Shown in pieces: positions 56,186 to 64,000 of a stretch of 64,000 nt of DNA. The stretch comes from an uncultured Bacteroidales bacterium. Its GTDB lineage: Bacteria; Bacteroidota; Bacteroidia; Bacteroidales; UBA7960. The stretch is from assembly GCA_964477035.1 (NCBI GenBank), contig CAYZCW010000003.1, positions 31,540-95,539 on the forward strand, in the 5' to 3' direction. Position 1 is the first letter of the stretch, and each line of letters begins with the position of its first letter. The position numbers were made by a program, and so were the translations under genes. The notes beneath the pieces are model-generated. The model did no database searches, was not told where the DNA came from, and saw nothing but the letters and a program-made list of their open reading frames with translations.

Positions 56186-56319
56186 GCGGCCAGGCCCCGG
56201 GCGGAAAAAAACGTCCTGCAAGGACGCTGCTTCAGGTCAAATGGCATAAATATTGCTATGATGCGGGTGTTTATTTGTTATGTTATACCTCCGGCCTGCC
56301 GGATAAATTTCACTGCATC

Positions 56320-56652
56320 ATGAAAACAAGAACCCTGCCCGCCCTGGTGATCCTGGGACTGGCCCTGGCGTTTTCCTCCTGCCAGAAAGAGGAGACCCCC
56401 GACCCCATCGAACTCAAGACCCGCGAGCTGGTCGAGATGGTGGATACCTATTGGATCAGCAAGGCCAGCGTCTACCTGCAAGGCACGCGGCTGGAGTACC
56501 GGAAGGATTTTACCATTGCCGGCAACTACCTGGTCATTACCGAAAGCAACCGCCATTACAACCTCGACCGCATGATCCTTTTCGAGAAGATCCCGGACCC
56601 GGCCAACCCGCCCTCTTCCAACACATTCGTCCTGAAGGTTGATCTCTGGTAA
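56320..56652 (+). CDS. Small lipoprotein of unknown function (110 aa)
   Basis: Starts MKTRTLPALVILGLALAFSSC (lipobox). It is visible only as the tail of the artefactual 55282..56652 ORF. A terminator follows. Confidence 0.6.
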   Translation: MKTRTLPALVILGLALAFSSCQKEETPDPIELKTRELVEMVDTYWISKASVYLQGTRLEYRKDFTIAGNYLVITESNRHYNLDRMILFEKIPDPANPPSSNTFVLKVDLW

Positions 56653-56673
56653 GTCATCTCCGGCCTGCCAATC

Positions 56674-56711
56674 CGCCCGGATCCGGCAAGAGCCGGATCC
56701 GGGCGTTTTTT
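56674..56711 (+). terminator. Rho-independent terminator
   Basis: CGCCCGGATCCGGC-aaga-GCCGGATCCGGGCG is followed by TTTTTT. Confidence 0.85.
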
Positions 56712-56758
56712 ATAGCAAGTCTTCGGACAGATGGCCGTCCGGTTGACCGGGTTTTTGT

Positions 56759-56766
56759 TATTTTTG
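56759..56766 (+). promoter_or_regulatory. Candidate -7 box (TATTTTTG) for the polyamine operon
   Basis: Exact TAnnTTTG match, 28 nt upstream of the ATG at 56795. Confidence 0.4.
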
Positions 56767-56794
56767 TTCTGAGAAAAACCAAAAACCCCGTCCT

Positions 56795-57994
56795 ATGAGC
56801 AAAGTACTGATTATCGGCGCAGGAGGCGTTGGCAATGTGGTGGCCCGCAAGTGTGCGGCAGTCCCGGAGGTGTTCACCGACATCATGCTGGCCTCACGCA
56901 CCATCGAGAAAGCCAACCAGATCGCCAGCGATGTGGGGGGCGACCGGATCAAAACGGCCCGGGTGGATGCAGACAATGTGCCGGAGCTGGTGGACCTGAT
57001 CAATAAATTCAGGCCCGACATGGTGATCAACGTGGCCCTGCCCTACCAGGACCTCACCATCATGGACGCCTGCCTGGAAACCCGCACCCATTATCTGGAT
57101 ACGGCCAACTACGAGCCCCGCGACGTGGCCAAGTTCGAATACAGCTGGCAGTGGGCCTATCACGACCGCTTCCGCGAGGCCGGCCTGCTGGCCATCCTAG
57201 GATGCGGCTTCGACCCGGGCGTGACCGGGGTGTTTACCGCACATGCCGCCAAGCACCATTTCGACGAGATGCACACGCTCGACATCGTCGACTGCAATGC
57301 CGGTGACCACGGCAAGGCCTTTGCCACCAACTTCAATCCCGAGATCAATATCCGGGAGATCACCCAGAACGGCCGGTACTGGGAAAACGGCAAATGGGTG
57401 GAGACCAAGCCCCTGGAGATCCACAAGCCGATCGACTATCCCGGCATCGGCCCCAGGGAGTCCTACCTGCTGTACCACGAAGAGCTCGAATCGCTCGTGA
57501 AGAACTTTCCCAGCCTGAAAAGGGCCCGGTTCTGGATGACCTTCGGACAGCAATACATCACCTTTCTGAATGTACTGCAGGAGGTCGGCATGACCAGCAT
57601 CAAGCCGGTCAACTTCAAGGGGGTTGACATCGTGCCCCTGGAGTTCCTCAAGGCGGTGCTGCCCGAACCGTCCTCCCTGGGAGAGGGCTATAAGGGACAG
57701 ACTTCCATCGGCTGCCAGATACGCGGGATCAAAGACGGCAGGGACCGCACCTATTATGTATGGAACAACTGCGACCATGCCGAGGCCTACCGGGATGTCA
57801 AGGCCCAGGCCGTCAGCTTCACCACGGGGGTACCCGCCATGATCGGTGCCATGATGGCCCTGACCGGCAAGTGGACCGGCAAGGGTGTGTTCAACGTGGA
57901 AGAGTTCGACCCGGATCCCTTCATGGCAAAACTGCCCGTGTATGGCCTGCCCTGGCATGAACGGATCGACGAGCCGCTGCCGGTGGAGAAGTAG
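56795..57994 (+). CDS. Saccharopine-dehydrogenase-family carboxynorspermidine/carboxyspermidine synthase (dehydrogenase)
   Basis: Starts MSKVLIIGAGGVGNVVARK (Rossmann fold). Full-length similarity to the CANSDH family, and it lies immediately upstream of nspC. Confidence 0.85.
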   Translation: MSKVLIIGAGGVGNVVARKCAAVPEVFTDIMLASRTIEKANQIASDVGGDRIKTARVDADNVPELVDLINKFRPDMVINVALPYQDLTIMDACLETRTHYLDTANYEPRDVAKFEYSWQWAYHDRFREAGLLAILGCGFDPGVTGVFTAHAAKHHFDEMHTLDIVDCNAGDHGKAFATNFNPEINIREITQNGRYWENGKWVETKPLEIHKPIDYPGIGPRESYLLYHEELESLVKNFPSLKRARFWMTFGQQYITFLNVLQEVGMTSIKPVNFKGVDIVPLEFLKAVLPEPSSLGEGYKGQTSIGCQIRGIKDGRDRTYYVWNNCDHAEAYRDVKAQAVSFTTGVPAMIGAMMALTGKWTGKGVFNVEEFDPDPFMAKLPVYGLPWHERIDEPLPVEK

Positions 57995-57996
57995 GG

Positions 57997-58024
57997 TGTT
58001 GGATATTGGCCATTGGCTATTGGA
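57997..58024 (+). repeat. Heptanucleotide array, 4 units in the G/T orientation (TGTTGGA TATTGGC CATTGGC TATTGGA)
   Basis: It fills the 31-nt spacer between the stop at 57994 and the ATG at 58026. Confidence 0.75.
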
Positions 58025-58025
58025 T

Positions 58026-59177
58026 ATGAAAATTGACTTTGACGGGCTGCCCTCTCCCTGCTTTGTACTGGACGAGGAGTTGCTGAAGATCAACCTGCAG
58101 ATACTGGACCTGGTGCAGAAAGAAGCCGGGGTGGAGGTCATCTGTGCGCTGAAGGGGTATGCCATGTGGAGCACCTTCCCCCTCATCAGACAGCACCTGA
58201 GCGGGGCCACCGCCAGCTCCCTGCACGAAGCCCGGCTGATTTACGAGGAGATGGGCTGCGAGGCCCATACCTACTGCCCGGTGTTCAACGAGCAGGAGTT
58301 CGACTCCCTCCTGCACTACAGCAGCCACATCACCTTCAACTCCCTGAGCCAGCTGGAGCGGTTCCGGGAGCGGGTCAGGGGGTTTCACAAAGCGGTTTCC
58401 GTCGGATTGCGTATCAACCCCGAATACTCGGAAGTGGAGACCAAGCTGTACAACCCGGCCGTGCCGGGATCCCGCCTGGGCATCACCGTCGACCATTTCG
58501 GTGACAAGCTGCCGGAAGGGGTGGAGGGCCTCCACTTCCACGTCCTCTGCGAGAACGACAGCCATGTGCTGGAACGCACCCTGCAGCGGGTGGAACAGAA
58601 ATTCGGCCACCTCATCCGACAGGCACGCTGGTTCAACATGGGCGGGGGACACCACATCACACGGAAGGACTACGACGTGAAGCACCTGGTCGGGCTGCTG
58701 CGCGATTTCAGGGCCCGCTATCCCAACCTGGAAACCGTGATCCTGGAGCCGGGCGAGGCCGTGGGCTGGCAAACGGGCTACCTGGTATCCACCGTGCAGG
58801 ACATCATCGAGAACCAGGGCATCCGGGTGGCCATGCTGGATGTGAGCTTCTCGGCCCACATGCCCGATTGCCTGGAAATGCCTTACAAGCCCCGGATACT
58901 CGGGGCGGAAGATGCCCGTAAGGACCGGCCGGTATACCGTATGGGCGGGGGCACCTGCCTGGCAGGCGATTACATGGGCATGGGCGATTACAGCTTCGAC
59001 AGGGAGCTTCAGGTGGGCGACCGCATCGTGTTCGACGACATGATCCACTACACCATGGTGAAAACCACGTTCTTCAACGGGGTGACCCACCCTTCGATCG
59101 GCATCTGGAGGGAGACGGGGGAGTTCGAGCTGCTGAGGCAGTTCGGCTATGAAGACTACAAGGGAAAACTATCCTGA
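58026..59177 (+). CDS. nspC: Carboxynorspermidine/carboxyspermidine decarboxylase
   Basis: Starts MKIDFDGLPSPCFVLDEELL and shows a PLP-dependent decarboxylase fold (ALKGYAMW, HFHVLCEN, NMGGGHH, GGTCLAGD). The ORF-track start at 57885 overlaps the upstream gene and was trimmed. Confidence 0.9.
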   Translation: MKIDFDGLPSPCFVLDEELLKINLQILDLVQKEAGVEVICALKGYAMWSTFPLIRQHLSGATASSLHEARLIYEEMGCEAHTYCPVFNEQEFDSLLHYSSHITFNSLSQLERFRERVRGFHKAVSVGLRINPEYSEVETKLYNPAVPGSRLGITVDHFGDKLPEGVEGLHFHVLCENDSHVLERTLQRVEQKFGHLIRQARWFNMGGGHHITRKDYDVKHLVGLLRDFRARYPNLETVILEPGEAVGWQTGYLVSTVQDIIENQGIRVAMLDVSFSAHMPDCLEMPYKPRILGAEDARKDRPVYRMGGGTCLAGDYMGMGDYSFDRELQVGDRIVFDDMIHYTMVKTTFFNGVTHPSIGIWRETGEFELLRQFGYEDYKGKLS

Positions 59178-59261
59178 GGCGGAGGGAAACGGCCACGGCA
59201 AACGCCAGGTGACCAGCCCCCTGATGGAGGCCCGGCCCGGACGACGATGCCAGACGTTGTA

Positions 59262-59537
59262 TCATTCCGCCTGATTGACTTCCTTCTCCCGCTCTTCCCT
59301 GAGCGCCCTCTTCTCGCTGCGATTCCTGCGCACACAACGGAAGTAGGTCCACAGCCAACCGGCAAAAAAGCCCAGGGCGAACAGGATCACATACAAGAGG
59401 TAACGGGGGCCTTCCAGGCTTATCCCCAGCAGTTTGATTGACGCGGGACCACGGTTCTGCAGGATGAAGACCAGAAGCAACAAAGCGATCAGCCCGTTGA
59501 GGATCCAGAACCAGGTACGGTCTTTTTTCTGTTCCAT
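59262..59537 (-). CDS. LapA-domain (DUF1049) small inner-membrane protein
   Basis: Reads MEQKKDRTWFWILNGLIALLLLVFILQN...YLLYVILFALGFFAGWLW, i.e. two TM helices, with a charged C-terminal tail. Trimmed from ORF 59262..59756. Confidence 0.7.
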   Translation of the reverse strand: MEQKKDRTWFWILNGLIALLLLVFILQNRGPASIKLLGISLEGPRYLLYVILFALGFFAGWLWTYFRCVRRNRSEKRALREEREKEVNQAE

Positions 59538-59673
59538 AGTCGGATGGGGTTGGCATTCGTTCAACCCAAATATACGAATAATAATCCTCCCTGCCACCCC
59601 CCTCCCATGCCGGATATTTTGATTCCGCCCCGGCCGCGGGACCGCCATGGCCGGGGCATCCTGCAAAGGCCTT

Positions 59674-61212
59674 TCACAGGCCCCATCCGTGGCGGTCGAG
59701 GCTGCGGTATTGAATGGCTTCAGCCAGGTGCTGCGCCCGGATGTCTCCGCTGCCATCCAGGTCGGCGATCGTGCGCGACAGCTTCATGATGCGGTCGTAG
59801 GCCCTGGCCGACAGCCCCAGCCTTTCCATGGCGGCCCTGAGCAGGGCCAGCCCCGCCCTGTCCGCCCGGCACAGGCGCCGCATCAGGGCGGGACCCATCT
59901 GGGCATTGCAATGCACGCCCGGGTGGGCGGCAAAGCGCTGCGACTGCAGCTGCCTGGCACGCACCACCCGCTCCCTTATGTGGTGGCTGTCCTCGGCAGG
60001 CCGGGAACCGTTCAGTTCGCTGAAGGAAACCGGAGTGACCTCCACGTGGATGTCGATGCGGTCGAGCAACGGACCCGAAAGGCGGCTGAGGTATCGCCTG
60101 ACCAGCCCCGGCACACAGGAGCATTCCTTTTCAGGATGGTTGTAATGGCCGCAGGGACACGGATTCATGGATGCCACCAGCATGAAGGAGGCCGGGAAGC
60201 TCACCGCATAGCGTGCCCGGTTAAGGCAGACGACGCGGTCCTCCAGCGGCTGCCTGAGCACCTCCAGGGAGGCGCGCTGGAACTCAGGCAGCTCATCCAG
60301 GAACAGCACCCCATTGTGGGCCATGGAAACCTCCCCGGGAAGGGGCACCTGCCCGCCCCCCGACAGGGCCACAGAGCTGCTGGTATGGTGGGGTGCGCGG
60401 AAGGGCCTCTCCCGTATCAGGGAGGCATCGGTGCCGAGCTTCCCGGCCACGCTGTGGATCTTGGTCGTTTCAATGGCCTCCGCCAGGGTCAGGGGCGGCA
60501 AAATGCCCGGCAGCCTCTTGGCAAGCATGGTTTTGCCGGCTCCGGGCGGACCGGCCATCAGCAGGTTGTGGCCCCCGGCGGCGGCCACCTCAAAGGCCCT
60601 CTTGACGGCTTCCTGCCCCCGCACGTCCCGGAAATCCGGTCCACCGGCAGGGCTTTGTCCGCAAAACAAGGTGCCGGCATCCACCTCCTCCGGCTGCAGG
60701 GACCCTCCCCCGTTAAAAAAGGCGGTCACGTCCCCGATCCCGTCGGCTCCCAGCACCTGCAGTCCTTCCATCACGGCGGCTTCCCGGGCATTGGCCCGCG
60801 GCAGGATGAGGCCCCGGAAGCCCTCCTGGCGGGCCTTCACGGCGATGGGCAGGACGCCCCGCACGGGGCGGAAGCCTCCGTCGAGCGACAGCTCACCCAG
60901 CAGCAGGTAGCGGCCGAGCCCCTCTGCACGCACCTGCCCGGTGGCTGCCAGGATGCCCATGGCGATGGCCAGGTCGTAGGCCGAGCCCTCCTTGCGGATG
61001 TTGGCAGGGGCCAGGTTGACCACGATGCGGCGGCCGGGGATGCGGTAGCCATGCTGCTTCAGGGCGGAGTCGATGCGGTGATGGCTCTCCCGGACGGCAT
61101 TGTCGGGCAGGCCGACCATGTAAAAGTTGACGCCCGGACTCACATCCACCTCCACGGTGATGGTGCGGGCCTCGATGCCGAATACAGCGCTGCCGAAAGT
61201 TTTGACAAGCAT
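59674..61212 (-). CDS. YifB/ComM-family Mg-chelatase-like AAA+ ATPase
   Basis: Starts MLVKTFGSAVFGIEARTITVEVD and contains GPPGAGKTMLAKRLPGILPPL, GVLFLDELPEF and a C-terminal ChlI-like domain. Confidence 0.9.
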   Translation of the reverse strand: MLVKTFGSAVFGIEARTITVEVDVSPGVNFYMVGLPDNAVRESHHRIDSALKQHGYRIPGRRIVVNLAPANIRKEGSAYDLAIAMGILAATGQVRAEGLGRYLLLGELSLDGGFRPVRGVLPIAVKARQEGFRGLILPRANAREAAVMEGLQVLGADGIGDVTAFFNGGGSLQPEEVDAGTLFCGQSPAGGPDFRDVRGQEAVKRAFEVAAAGGHNLLMAGPPGAGKTMLAKRLPGILPPLTLAEAIETTKIHSVAGKLGTDASLIRERPFRAPHHTSSSVALSGGGQVPLPGEVSMAHNGVLFLDELPEFQRASLEVLRQPLEDRVVCLNRARYAVSFPASFMLVASMNPCPCGHYNHPEKECSCVPGLVRRYLSRLSGPLLDRIDIHVEVTPVSFSELNGSRPAEDSHHIRERVVRARQLQSQRFAAHPGVHCNAQMGPALMRRLCRADRAGLALLRAAMERLGLSARAYDRIMKLSRTIADLDGSGDIRAQHLAEAIQYRSLDRHGWGL

Positions 61213-61364
61213 CTGCTTTTTAGCCCAAAGATAGGCCCCGGAGGGATCTGGCAAAAGCCTGCCGGCCCCAGGGCTGTTGGCCGGCCCGGGGAATGGCAGA
61301 AAAAAGATGGCTTATGCAGGGGAAAGCCGGGCAGAACGCCGCTTTCCCGTCCGACGAAAAAAAT

Positions 61365-61742
61365 TTATCTGGCCGCGATGCAGCTGATCTCCACGTTGAC
61401 GAACATGGGCAGGGCGCCGACCTGAACGGTCTCACGGGCGGGGGCATCCTCCCCGAAGTACTTGCCGTACACCTCGTTGATCTTGGGGAAATCGAGCATG
61501 TCGGTGATGAAAATGCTGCACTTGATCACATGGGAAAAGTCCATGCCGGCGGCGGCCAGGATGGCCTTGAGGTTCTCCATGACCTGGCGCGTCTGCTCCT
61601 TCACGTCTCCCTTGACGAGCTCACCGCTGGCGGGATCGAGCGGTATCTGCCCGGATACGAAAAGCATATCGCCGGACAATACGGCCTGGTTGTAAGGCCC
61701 GATGGGCTTGGGGGCTTTGGGGGTATTGATGATTTTCTTCAT
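61365..61742 (-). CDS. ridA: RidA-family reactive intermediate/imine deaminase
   Basis: Contains APKPIGPYNQAV..GDMLFVSGQIP and PARETVQVGALP..V.VEI. Confidence 0.9.
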   Translation of the reverse strand: MKKIINTPKAPKPIGPYNQAVLSGDMLFVSGQIPLDPASGELVKGDVKEQTRQVMENLKAILAAAGMDFSHVIKCSIFITDMLDFPKINEVYGKYFGEDAPARETVQVGALPMFVNVEISCIAAR

Positions 61743-61764
61743 TGTATGGTGGATTTGGGTTGTT

Positions 61765-61772
61765 CAAATTTA
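61765..61772 (-). promoter_or_regulatory. Candidate -7 box (TAAATTTG) for ridA
   Basis: Exact TAnnTTTG match on the minus strand, 22 nt upstream of the ATG at 61742. Confidence 0.4.
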
Positions 61773-61859
61773 CTGAAAGCAATCTGAATTATCCCCATGG
61801 GAAAGGCTTTTCCGGCAGCCTGAATTTTTTGTACTTTTAATACGGTCAAGGCCTGCGGC

Positions 61860-62444
61860 ATGAAGATCCTGATCATCGACAATTACGATTCTTTCACCTA
61901 CAACCTGTACCACCTGATCGAGGCGGTGATGCCGGACGGCTGCTCGCTCGTGGTGAAGCGCAACGACGAGATCGTTCCGGAACAGGCAGCAGCCTTCGAC
62001 AAGCTGGTGATCTCCCCGGGACCCGGGCTGCCACGGGATGCGGGCGTCACCTGCGAGCTGATCCGTCGCTTTGCCCCGGAGAAAAGCATCCTGGGCATCT
62101 GCCTGGGACACCAGGCCATCGGCGAAATGTTCGGAGGCAGGCTGCTCAACCTCCCCAGGGTGCTGCACGGGGTGGCCGTGCGCACCCATGTGGTGCAGCG
62201 CGACGAGCCATTGTTCTTTGGCTGTCCGGAGTCGTTCGACACCGGGCGCTACCACTCCTGGGTGATCGACCCCGAAGGCTTTCCCGACTGCCTGGAAGTC
62301 ACTGCCCTGGACGACAACCACCTGATCATGGCAGTGAGACACCGGGAGTACGATGTGAGGGGGCTGCAGTTTCACCCGGAGAGCATCATGACAGGCACGG
62401 GCAGAAAAATGCTCCGCAACTGGGTGCATATGAAAGTCCGCTGA
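61860..62444 (+). CDS. Anthranilate / aminodeoxychorismate synthase component II (glutamine amidotransferase)
   Basis: Starts MKILIIDNYDSFTYNLYHL and contains GICLGHQAIG and LQFHPESI. Confidence 0.9.
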   Translation: MKILIIDNYDSFTYNLYHLIEAVMPDGCSLVVKRNDEIVPEQAAAFDKLVISPGPGLPRDAGVTCELIRRFAPEKSILGICLGHQAIGEMFGGRLLNLPRVLHGVAVRTHVVQRDEPLFFGCPESFDTGRYHSWVIDPEGFPDCLEVTALDDNHLIMAVRHREYDVRGLQFHPESIMTGTGRKMLRNWVHMKVR

Positions 62445-62468
62445 ACACGGTCCGCGGGTGGGTGCCTG

Positions 62469-64000
62469 CTATTGGTAGTAGACCCTTTTGACACGTTGCG
62501 ACACCGAGGTGAGCACCTCGTAAGGAATGGTTCCCATCTCCCGGGCCAGTTCGGTCACCGGTCTTTCCGGACCGAACACGATGACTTCATCCCCGGGGCT
62601 GACCCCCAGGCCGGTCACATCCACGGTGCACATGTCCATGCTGATGTTGCCCACCAGGGGTACGGCACGGCCGCCCACCAGCAGGTGCCCCCTTCCGTTG
62701 CCCAGCCTGCGGTGGAGTCCGTCGGCATAACCGACCGGCACCACGGCCACCTCCCTGGGCTCCCGGGCCTTCCAGGCCCTGTCGTATCCGACGGTCCCAC
62801 CCTTGCCCACATGCTTCACCTGCGACACAACCGAACGGAAGGTGCTGACCTGCTGCAGGCGTTCCTGGATGCCGGCATCGGGGCTGACCCCGTACAGGCC
62901 GATGCCCAGGCGCACCATATCGAGCTGCGCCTCCGGAAAACGGGCCACGGCTGCAGAGTTGCTGATGTGGCGAAGAAAGGAATGGCCCAGGCCCGCCTCC
63001 AGGGTGGCGCAGGCCTGGGTGAAGGCCTGCAGCTGCTCCCGGGTGAAGGCATCGTGGCGGGGGTCGTCGCTGGCCGCGAAATGGGAGAAGACGGAGGCCA
63101 CCTTCAGTCCCGGGGCGCTGCCCAGAAAGGCCAGCAGCCCGGGGAGCTGCCCTGGCAGGAATCCCAGGCGGTGCATGCCCGTATCGACCTTCAGGTGGAT
63201 GGGCAGGGTGCGGCCATGCTCCTTCCTGCGGGCCAGCCGATGCAGCAGCTCCATGCTGTAAACCTCGGGTTCGAGGCGGTAATGGTCCAGGATGTCCAGG
63301 TCGCGCAACTCCGGGTTCATCACCACGATGGGCAGGGTGATGCCGCCCTGCCGGAGCGCCTTGCCTTCGTCGGCATAGGCCACCGCCAGACAATCCACCC
63401 GGTGGTACTGCAGCACCCCGGCAATCTCGGCACTGCCGCTGCCATAGGAGAAGGCCTTGACCATCCCCATGGTACGCACCCCCGGCCGGAGCAGGGCGCG
63501 GAAGACATTCAGGTTGTGCACCAGCGCCTCCAGGTTGATCTCCAGGATGGTCTGGTGGTCCTTCTGCTGCAGGCGGTCGCTGACCCTTTCAAAGCCAAAG
63601 GGACGGGCCCCCTTGACCAGGATGGCCTGGTCCTGCAGGGACGAAAAATCCTGCTCCCCGAGCAGGCTTTCCGTGTCAGGGAAATAGCGGGCCGGCAGGT
63701 CGAAGCAGGCGGCGCATCCGGAGATTCCCGGACCCACCCCGATCAACCTTCCGACCGACTTGGCCCGCAGCAGCTCCGCCACCCGGGCGTAAAGGGTTTG
63801 GGGGGGCAGCCCGGTTTGCAGGATGTCGGACAGGATGAGGGTGGTCTGCCGGCCCTGGGCCTGGCTGTTGAGAAAATCCAGCGCCAGGTCCAGTGAACCC
63901 AGGTCGGAGTTGTACGTGTCGTTGATCACCAGGCTGTGATGGATGCCTTGCTTCAGCTCCAGGCGCATGGCCACGGGCTGCAGGCCGGACATCCTGCGGC
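62469..64000 (-). CDS. Bifunctional UDP-MurNAc-pentapeptide synthetase (MurF) / alanine racemase, C-terminal part (5' end beyond the window)
   Basis: The C-terminal half is alanine racemase (VKAFSYGSG, VAYADEG, SHFA.SD, GYADG). The upstream part (MRLELKQGIHHSLVINDTYNSD...TLILSDILQTG) is the MurF C-domain. The frame stays open to the window edge. Confidence 0.85.
   Translation of the reverse strand, partial: RRMSGLQPVAMRLELKQGIHHSLVINDTYNSDLGSLDLALDFLNSQAQGRQTTLILSDILQTGLPPQTLYARVAELLRAKSVGRLIGVGPGISGCAACFDLPARYFPDTESLLGEQDFSSLQDQAILVKGARPFGFERVSDRLQQKDHQTILEINLEALVHNLNVFRALLRPGVRTMGMVKAFSYGSGSAEIAGVLQYHRVDCLAVAYADEGKALRQGGITLPIVVMNPELRDLDILDHYRLEPEVYSMELLHRLARRKEHGRTLPIHLKVDTGMHRLGFLPGQLPGLLAFLGSAPGLKVASVFSHFAASDDPRHDAFTREQLQAFTQACATLEAGLGHSFLRHISNSAAVARFPEAQLDMVRLGIGLYGVSPDAGIQERLQQVSTFRSVVSQVKHVGKGGTVGYDRAWKAREPREVAVVPVGYADGLHRRLGNGRGHLLVGGRAVPLVGNISMDMCTVDVTGLGVSPGDEVIVFGPERPVTELAREMGTIPYEVLTSVSQRVKRVYYQ

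Noticed and set aside
56207-56235. Hairpin CGTCCT-gca-AGGACG preceded by A7, after the membrane-protein gene, considered as a terminator.
   Set aside because: The U-tract would be on the minus strand, where no gene ends. On the plus strand no U-tract follows. The orientation is inconsistent with the flanking genes, so it is not called.
55282-56652. 456-aa ORF spanning the membrane-protein gene in another frame.
   Set aside because: Only its last 110 codons (from the ATG at 56320, with signal peptide and lipobox) look like a real protein. The upstream part is an out-of-frame read-through of the 55043..56185 gene with Pro/Arg/Gly-rich composition.

Overview
This is a GC-rich chromosomal segment with Bacteroidota hallmarks. 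There are many exact TAnnTTTG -7 promoter boxes upstream of start codons, a fused MurF/alanine-racemase gene, a CarboxypepD_reg TonB-dependent receptor, numerous lipobox lipoproteins, and a tmRNA tag ending in YAMAA. I call about 50 protein genes, nearly all housekeeping: era, der, uvrA, purD, purQ, rnhB, tex, pyrBI, rfbA, msrB, ridA, comM/yifB, a Fe3+ ABC transporter, norspermidine/spermidine genes, and several peptidases. I also call an initiator tRNA-Met, tRNA-Pro(CGG) and tmRNA. I see no transposase, integrase, CRISPR array or recognisable defence genes. The many long ORFs antisense to these genes are GC-driven shadow ORFs. Four kinds of signal are not explained by ordinary annotation. (1) A dispersed family of tandem heptanucleotide arrays (CCAAYAG / CTRTTGG, 4-15 units) completely fills short intergenic spacers at six loci. 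The largest sits between two divergent, identical TACCTTTG boxes. (2) A 12-mer, CCCATCCGACGA, recurs (4 exact copies plus close variants), usually followed by an A-tract and often close to start codons. (3) Two secreted proteins share a C-terminal VPLS-x-W / hydrophobic helix / basic tail sorting signal that resembles IPTL-CTERM. One of them carries a choice-of-anchor L domain. (4) Several conserved but uncharacterised modules are present: the radical-SAM TIGR03916 / TIGR03915 DNA-metabolism pair, an HMA / Cys-rich membrane protein / TonB-receptor metal cluster, and arginine deiminase followed by a five-repeat lipoprotein. All functional calls come from reading the translations by eye. No database search was run.
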